Shown here: positions 54,836 through 60,033 of the stretch, piece after piece
Position numbering within the stretch: position 1 is the stretch's first letter
Layout: the number at the start of each line of letters is the position of its first letter
IMG/VR virus record: IMGVR_UViG_3300030104_000540
Span: 1 to 60,033 of that record
Origin: a virus
Taxonomy: Duplodnaviria > Caudoviricetes
Strand: one strand, 5' to 3'
DNA length: 60,033 bases
Translations under genes and position numbers: made by a program
The notes under the pieces: generated by a model
The model's database searches: none
What the model was told of the DNA's origin: nothing
Seen by the model: only the letters and a program-made list of their open reading frames with translations

Positions 54836-55083
54836 TACTCTTCCTTTTTATTATGTAATATAAATAAAGATTCTATCTTTTTTTCTGTTTCCTTTACAGC
54901 ACTTTCGGTTCTCACAGAACTTACAAAATTAGTTTGTATTTTTTCATTAGCACTTTTACAATCTTCTTCTAACTTATCTACATCTTTTCTTAATGTAGTT
55001 ACTTCAGTATGTAGCTTAACAGCTACAACTAAAGCTCCCAAGAAAAAAATTAATTGTTCCCAATACTGTAATATTCCTTCCAT
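54835..55083 (-). CDS. TM plus coiled-coil protein (lysis accessory candidate)
   Basis: N-terminal TM; coupled to the lysozyme gene. Confidence 0.65.
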   Translation of the reverse strand: MEGILQYWEQLIFFLGALVVAVKLHTEVTTLRKDVDKLEEDCKSANEKIQTNFVSSVRTESAVKETEKKIESLFILHNKKEE

Positions 55084-55090
55084 ACAAACA

Positions 55091-55261
55091 TCAATGTACC
55101 TTGTTTTTTTTATTCTTTCTAATAGCCTTATAATAGGCTTCGGTTAATTGTTTTAAATCTTCCTCTAATAAAAATATTATTTTCTTAGCTTCTAAAAGCT
55201 CTCTGCGTAAAGTTTCTTCAAATGTATCTTCGTGATTGTTCCATCCGTTTGCTTTAATCAT
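55091..55261 (-). CDS. 56-aa hypothetical protein (MIKANGWNNHEDTFEE...)
   Basis: Manual translation; ATGA overlap. Confidence 0.6.
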   Translation of the reverse strand: MIKANGWNNHEDTFEETLRRELLEAKKIIFLLEEDLKQLTEAYYKAIRKNKKNKVH

Positions 55262-55500
55262 TTTCTTCCACTTATTGCACTAAAACCGAAGTATGCTCCA
55301 ACCAGTCCACACATTGAAATATATTGTGTCATAAGAATACTTTCTGCTTCTGCGAGTCTGTCTGGGAATGCCAAAGTCAGGATAGTGGTAATACCCATAA
55401 GAATAATTAAAACCCATGCCATTCTCCTTTTGTTTACTTGATATGCCATCTTATCTGGAATTAAATCGTTACTATTATCAGACATTCTTTTTTCGTGCAT
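55258..55500 (-). CDS. Two-TM protein, holin candidate
   Basis: RRMAW...GLVGAYFG; near the lysozyme gene. Confidence 0.6.
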   Translation of the reverse strand: MHEKRMSDNSNDLIPDKMAYQVNKRRMAWVLIILMGITTILTLAFPDRLAEAESILMTQYISMCGLVGAYFGFSAISGRK

Positions 55501-55795
55501 TCTTTAAAGACAGTTTTGCTTTTTTAAATATAGATACTACTTCTGTCTTACCCATTACCTTTGCTCTTTGTTCTCCAACTGTGAGTATTTGAATTTTTCT
55601 TGCATATGGTTTATTGACTTTTTTAACCTTTGCAACTGTTGCTCTTGCGTCAGATGGAGTTGCGAACTTGATGCCAACAGTGTCTTTAGGATTTTCATCC
55701 GTGTATAAACGTCTTCCACTACCTTTCGGTTTTTTACCTGTACCAACTTTAGGGTCTCTTCTTTTTTTGTTTTTTATCATTATATAAATTGTCAA
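55478..55795 (-). CDS. Basic conserved phage protein (RLYTDENPKDTV)
   Basis: Motif; operon context. Confidence 0.75.
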   Translation of the reverse strand: MTIYIMIKNKKRRDPKVGTGKKPKGSGRRLYTDENPKDTVGIKFATPSDARATVAKVKKVNKPYARKIQILTVGEQRAKVMGKTEVVSIFKKAKLSLKNARKKNV

Positions 55796-56447
55796 AGGTT
55801 ACGCTAGGGTCTAGGTAGCTTTCGTGGCTTTCTGCCGAGTGTGTCCACTGAGATGGTGTAAAGTCTGGAGCACCTTCCCCAGTAGCCCACAACGCAGGGC
55901 TTGTTGCACGGACTCTATTATTAGGTAAAGCAACAAAGTTTCCTGTCCACTTCCCTGCATCTAGCAGATATAATACATGCGACTGTTTATGTTGGGCAGG
56001 ATCATCTGCTATGTCGCTATCTGTGTAGTCCACTGTAAATAAGTATTTACCTTTGTAAAACTCTCCACCGATCTTACAAAGCCAAGGGCTTGAACTTACT
56101 CTATCCATCACGACTACACTGTGATTTCTTGATTCACAATCCCAAGGTTGTGCTAAATGATCTTCCATTGGTTCTGACCATTCATCTAGTGGAATGTCAG
56201 CTACGAGTGCTTGTATTGGCATCCTAGCCCACATTGCTCCACCATGTATATTTGTTTCAGGTCCATCTTCAAAGTCAGCTTCGCAACCTGTGAATACTAG
56301 TTGAAAGCTAAGTGACCTATCAGGTATTGTATTAACTGCAAATACCATCGCATGTAAAAACTCTCCGTGATACTGCTGATGGTTTGACGTAAACTCTTTC
56401 CGTACCCAACAATGAAAATGGGGTACGTTACTTATGAGATACGGCAT
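55749..56447 (-). CDS. Conserved hypothetical protein (GGAMWARMPI, QPWDC, HKQSH, LPNNR)
   Basis: ORF; its first codons recur at 1-28. Confidence 0.85.
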   Translation of the reverse strand: MPYLISNVPHFHCWVRKEFTSNHQQYHGEFLHAMVFAVNTIPDRSLSFQLVFTGCEADFEDGPETNIHGGAMWARMPIQALVADIPLDEWSEPMEDHLAQPWDCESRNHSVVVMDRVSSSPWLCKIGGEFYKGKYLFTVDYTDSDIADDPAQHKQSHVLYLLDAGKWTGNFVALPNNRVRATSPALWATGEGAPDFTPSQWTHSAESHESYLDPSVTFDNLYNDKKQKKKRP

Positions 56448-56494
56448 TATCTACGTCTAGCAGCTCCACCTCTAGCATAGCCTTTTTTCTTTTT
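56420..56494. repeat. 75-bp exact repeat, copy 2
   Basis: Identical to 1-75. Confidence 0.97.
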
Positions 56495-56578
56495 ACCCAT
56501 GCCACCACCCATCATTTTAGGCTTCATAGCACCACCTTTAGCCATACCTTTTTTCTTTTTACCTTTATGCATTGGCAT
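56447..56578 (-). CDS. 43-aa basic peptide (MPMHKGKKKKGMAKGG...YARGGAARRR)
   Basis: Manual translation; AGGAG SD; homolog of 28-156. Confidence 0.85.
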   Translation of the reverse strand: MPMHKGKKKKGMAKGGAMKPKMMGGGMGKKKKGYARGGAARRR

Positions 56579-56592
56579 ATTACATTCTCCTA

Positions 56593-56850
56593 TTATGCTC
56601 TTGATCGAACCTTACCTGCAGTTTTTGTTCTTGCAAAAGATCGGTTTCTTCTTACAGATGAGATACCTAGATTATTCCATCTATTATCTCTTGGATTACC
56701 GTTTCTATGTGTAACATCTTTACCTGTAAGATTTACTCCACGTTTTTTCATAGCGTTACGTGCAGCATTCCGACTATCTCTACGTTTTACTTGTTCAGGT
56801 CTACTGTGATAATTATCATATTCTTTACGGTAATTTCTTTTATAAGCCAT
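56593..56850 (-). CDS. Small HNH-like basic protein
   Basis: RNYRKEY...KDVTHRNGNPRDN...NL...NR. Confidence 0.7.
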   Translation of the reverse strand: MAYKRNYRKEYDNYHSRPEQVKRRDSRNAARNAMKKRGVNLTGKDVTHRNGNPRDNRWNNLGISSVRRNRSFARTKTAGKVRSRA

Positions 56851-57812
56851 TAATTTTTCTTTAGATAGGCTATTAATTCTTTTTTACTTGGTCTTCTACC
56901 TAACTGTTTTTCTAATTTATTTTCAGCATCTATTTCTGCTAGTCTAACTTTTGCTGGACCTTTTCCACCTACTATAAGATTAAACATCCTACCACTACTA
57001 CCCCCATTAGTTTTCTTTTTACCATTAAATAATTTTGGTTTAGGTTTTGGTAGTACTATAGTTACTGAAGATTTAGATTTAGGTTTTGTTTTAGGTTGAG
57101 AGACTTTAGATTTTTTTGTTTTAATTAACTCTTTATCAGACTTTCTTTCTTTTTGACCACCTTTAGTGCTTCTAACTACTATTCCTTCAGTTATTGTGCT
57201 TTTTTCTATTTTAGAAGGTTTTAACGATGCTAATATTGCTCCAATAGCTATACCTATTCCACCTGCTCCTGCAACAGCAGTTAAAGGATGTTTTCTTATC
57301 ATACCTCTTATAGTATCTGTTATCTTTGACATACTTACATTAGGTGCTTTAGCTTTAACTTTTTTAGCTAGGTTGTTTATTTTTTGTTGAACACTTAATG
57401 TTTTAGTTTTAGTTACAGTTTTGGGTTTACCACCTGTAGCACTACCTACTTTAACATTTGGCTTAACACCTATTTTAGTTGTAGTTTTGGATTTACTACC
57501 TGTAGCACTACCTATTTTAGATTTACTACCTGTAGCACTACCTACTTTAACTTTTGTTTTAGTTGTAGTTTTATTTATTTTCATTCCGGGATTATTAGGA
57601 CCTCCGGGTGTTTTACCTAGTCCTGCAACAGATGATTTTTTTACGTTAAGAAGAGAAGTTAGTTTAACTTTGGATAACATATTTTTAGGCACAGCATTTT
57701 GAATTTTAAAATTTTTAATACCTAACCTTCTCATTTCTCCGGTAATCTCAGCTTTTGTTGCTCTTATATATAATGTGCTTCGACCCGGAATAGATACTGG
57801 ATATACTGCCAT
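56850..57812 (-). CDS. Lys/Thr/Ser-rich basic protein with GSATG repeats and one hydrophobic segment
   Basis: TAATG coupling; composition. Confidence 0.7.
   Translation of the reverse strand: MAVYPVSIPGRSTLYIRATKAEITGEMRRLGIKNFKIQNAVPKNMLSKVKLTSLLNVKKSSVAGLGKTPGGPNNPGMKINKTTTKTKVKVGSATGSKSKIGSATGSKSKTTTKIGVKPNVKVGSATGGKPKTVTKTKTLSVQQKINNLAKKVKAKAPNVSMSKITDTIRGMIRKHPLTAVAGAGGIGIAIGAILASLKPSKIEKSTITEGIVVRSTKGGQKERKSDKELIKTKKSKVSQPKTKPKSKSSVTIVLPKPKPKLFNGKKKTNGGSSGRMFNLIVGGKGPAKVRLAEIDAENKLEKQLGRRPSKKELIAYLKKN
57490..57544. repeat. 30-nt-period tandem repeat (K[VI]GSATGSKS)
   Basis: GATTTACTACCTGTAGCACTACCTA at 57490 and 57520; third degenerate copy near 57426. Confidence 0.85.
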
Positions 57813-58459
57813 TATTTACTCCTTGTTATGTTTTTATACGCTTTCATTCCTTTAGGACCACTCTCACGTAATGCTTTTAGTCCGGGATTGTCTGTAACAT
57901 TACCACCTGCTACATACATATGTTTCTTTCCACTTGACATACCACCATATGCCATTTTTTCTACATTCTTTTTAAGAATAGCACCACCTTTATTATTTCC
58001 AAATAGCTCTCCTTGGAACTTATTTTTAACAAATCTAGCACCGATTAAGGCAGCTTCACTTAAAGTTGGTATTTTTCTATCTGATGATCCATATTCACCT
58101 GATCTTAAAAGTTCATCTTTTATATCCTTTAAAGACCTTGCTGCTTCCCTTTTGTATTTATTAGGCTTACTAGGTGGTGCATCGACAGTTTTCTTAGGTG
58201 GATCACCTCTATCTTTTCTATTTAAACTTAGTGCTTGTTGTTTAATAACATCAAGTATTCTTTGTCTTCCACCACCTAGTTTTGTATCACCTACAATTTT
58301 ATCAAGAACTTGATTTAATTTCTTTTTTAAAACATTCTTTCTGCTTTTATTTGCATCATTACTAGGTTCTTCCTCTAATCTATAAAGTTCTGCTTGGGCA
58401 CTAACACCCATTTTCTCTAATTTTTTATCACTTGGTGTAGCTACTTGTTTCTGTGTCAT
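57812..58459 (-). CDS. Basic protein with MAYGG/HMYVAGG motifs
   Basis: C-terminus resembles 3081-3362. Confidence 0.75.
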   Translation of the reverse strand: MTQKQVATPSDKKLEKMGVSAQAELYRLEEEPSNDANKSRKNVLKKKLNQVLDKIVGDTKLGGGRQRILDVIKQQALSLNRKDRGDPPKKTVDAPPSKPNKYKREAARSLKDIKDELLRSGEYGSSDRKIPTLSEAALIGARFVKNKFQGELFGNNKGGAILKKNVEKMAYGGMSSGKKHMYVAGGNVTDNPGLKALRESGPKGMKAYKNITRSK

Positions 58460-58668
58460 TATTCATCCCTTTCTTTCCAACCTTCAGCCCTCATTGCTTC
58501 CTCTACATGCTTTAAAGTAAATTTTCTACCGTAATGGGCTTCAACAGCCTGTCGCACGTAGAAGACATCACTATGAGGAATATGCAATCGGTCTAAGGAA
58601 TTAGTACGTATAGCATTATAAAATGCATCTAACACATTATCTGTATATAGTTTTACTGATTTTTTCAT
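58459..58668 (-). CDS. First gene of late arm (variant B)
   Basis: Homolog of 4028-4234. Confidence 0.8.
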   Translation of the reverse strand: MKKSVKLYTDNVLDAFYNAIRTNSLDRLHIPHSDVFYVRQAVEAHYGRKFTLKHVEEAMRAEGWKERDE

Positions 58669-58802
58669 AAATGTCAAGTAATTATAGTACGTAGGGTTAA
58701 TATTTATTAAAAACCACTTAATATGTACATTTATAGTGTTTTTTATAACTTAATATATTAAACACTTATAGTGTTACACTGTTTGTGTTCTAGTTATACA
58801 TA

Positions 58803-58831
58803 ATTATAGCCGATTTTTAGTCATCTGTCAA
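58803..58831 (-). promoter_or_regulatory. Sigma70 promoter, late arm (variant B)
   Basis: TTGACA-N17-TATAAT. Confidence 0.8.
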
Positions 58832-58875
58832 GAAAAAAATTAAAATACTTTACTTTTAGTGTTATCACTTGCCTT

Positions 58876-58954
58876 TGTGGTTTACAATGCATTTTCCTAA
58901 TCTGTTGCAGTGTACATATACGTAACGTGTACGTGGGGGGTGGCAGTGGCATGG
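58876..58954. other. Conserved non-coding block, candidate terminus (variant B)
   Basis: Same ordered motifs as 4485-4553. Confidence 0.45.
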
Positions 58955-59097
58955 GGTGTGTATGAGCCGATAGTTAGGTAGGTAGCTGTAAAAATAGCAT
59001 TTTTTAGACATATTTAGTGCTAAATAGACGTATTATTAGGATTATAGGTTAACTGTTAGTGTATCAATTGCTTTTTATACACTGTTTTTAATGAATG

Positions 59098-59114
59098 GGT
59101 TAGAAATTCTAACC
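59098..59114. promoter_or_regulatory. Palindrome GGTTAGAAATTCTAACC, copy 1
   Basis: 8-bp arms, 1-bp centre; upstream of the first early gene. Confidence 0.85.
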
Positions 59115-59193
59115 GAATTATGCAATGTAGGTGTATAACATATCGTCTGTAAGCTATATATACACCCATATTTAAAAAAATATTATTATTAAG

Positions 59194-59223
59194 TTGACTT
59201 TGTTTTATTTTTCTGTGCATAAT
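59194..59223 (+). promoter_or_regulatory. Probable early sigma70 promoter (variant B)
   Basis: TTGACT-N18-CATAAT. Confidence 0.45.
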
Positions 59224-59272
59224 ACAGTTATTGATAGGCAATCATGCCATCATGTATAACAAAGGAATTGTT

Positions 59273-59917
59273 ATGTTAAATATTATTAAAGGTTTTGTAG
59301 CACCTAAAGCTACTCAAGAGCGTGAATCATTTACTATTGTTTCTAATTACTTTAATTCATTGGATACAATTAGAGGGAATGAGGAACATTTTATTTATGA
59401 AGGCAATCTTATTAATTCTATTAAGAATGTTAAAGGTAAGAAAAAAGAAAAGAGAATGAATGATTTAAACCTTTATAAATATACTAAATATGAAAGGCAT
59501 TACTTAGGTAAGATTGCCAACAATAAAAAAGCATTTTTGGCTTATATTGCTAGTTATCCAACGGATACAAGGCTACCTAGTTTTGAGACTATTTATAATA
59601 ATAGTGTTAAAGAATATGACGAAAATGGTAAGAAGAAACCTTCTAACCCAATTATGACAGGTGAGAAGAATACACCTAAAAATCAGGTTAGAAATTCTAA
59701 CCCAAAAGTTGACAAGTCAGAAGATAAGACAACAGTAGATTATAAAGATAATCATGAGACTTTAGAGGAAGCTGTTGAGACTTGTGTTAGTATGCTTTTA
59801 GATTTTGGTGCAACTGAAGCTGAGATTGCTAACCTAGTTATTAAGTCATTACAGAAAAGAAATAAAAAGTTAATGACTACATCAAATAAAAAGACAATAG
59901 CTTTTAAAGTAGCTTAA
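59273..59917 (+). CDS. First early protein (variant B), putative DNA-binding protein
   Basis: AAAGGA SD before ATG 59273; same position, size and architecture as 5020-5643. Confidence 0.75.
   Translation: MLNIIKGFVAPKATQERESFTIVSNYFNSLDTIRGNEEHFIYEGNLINSIKNVKGKKKEKRMNDLNLYKYTKYERHYLGKIANNKKAFLAYIASYPTDTRLPSFETIYNNSVKEYDENGKKKPSNPIMTGEKNTPKNQVRNSNPKVDKSEDKTTVDYKDNHETLEEAVETCVSMLLDFGATEAEIANLVIKSLQKRNKKLMTTSNKKTIAFKVA
59686..59702. promoter_or_regulatory. Palindrome GGTTAGAAATTCTAACC, copy 2 (inside first early gene)
   Basis: Exact copy, read as QVRNSNP; half site at 59641-59648. Confidence 0.85.
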
Positions 59918-59927
59918 CTAATATATC

Positions 59928-59962
59928 AAAAGTGAGAGCAGAAATGTTCTCACTTTTTTTTT
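59928..59962 (+). terminator. Rho-independent terminator
   Basis: AAAAGTGAGAGCA-GAAA-TGTTCTCACTTTT plus T tract. Confidence 0.88.
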
Positions 59963-60033
59963 GTCTTTTTTTTTATTTTTTTTTTGTGCAACTACTATCA
60001 TGGGGGGGGTGAGATATGCTTTGCAACTACTAT

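Larger units (their letters stand above)
1..56419. mobile_element. One unit length of an HMO-2011-type podovirus genome
   Basis: Complete replication and morphogenesis gene sets; PolA with DnaJ-type zinc finger; sequence returns to its start at 56420. Confidence 0.88.

Noticed and set aside
23674-58313. The + strand ORFs within the late arm (and - strand ORFs within the early arm)
   Set aside because: Antisense shadows of well-supported genes with no motifs or SD
59963-60033. T runs, G8 run and repeated TGCAACTACTAT at the window end
   Set aside because: Low complexity at a contig end; cannot be distinguished from assembly noise
1-60033. tRNA or rRNA genes; restriction-site avoidance
   Set aside because: No cloverleaf seen in the few intergenic gaps; apparent rarity of GCGC/CGCG cannot be separated from low GC without k-mer statistics

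Overview
The window is essentially a whole marine podovirus genome of the HMO-2011 type (Zobellviridae-like architecture). A + strand early/replication arm (5020-23517) encodes a C5 methyltransferase, SleB hydrolase, primase, helicase, endonuclease VII, a PolA carrying a DnaJ-type zinc finger, an SSB-like protein, exonuclease, endonuclease I, class II RNR and MazG. It converges on a - strand late arm (23520-56447) encoding ejection proteins, tail, capsid, scaffold, portal, terminase and lysozyme. No RNA polymerase, integrase, tRNA or CRISPR was recognised. Bases 1-75 recur exactly at 56420-56494, so one genome unit is about 56.4 kb. The window holds two diverged versions of the terminal module (A: 1-~5650; B: 56420-60033), possibly an assembly lasso or chimera. 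Three signals stand out. (i) About 1.4 kb at the presumed first-injected end is tiled with more than 30 short, near-perfect hairpins rich in GNA/AAA triloops, running through two coding genes. (ii) Each terminal variant carries its own palindrome (A GTCCGATGTCGGAC x6; B GGTTAGAAATTCTAACC x2), placed both upstream of and inside the linker of its first early gene, suggesting a co-varying protein/binding-site module. (iii) Short peptide tags ([MYF]xxGG and GL[FM]xR/KAGLFR) are shared by basic and internal virion proteins. All product calls come from motif recognition by eye; no database searches were run.
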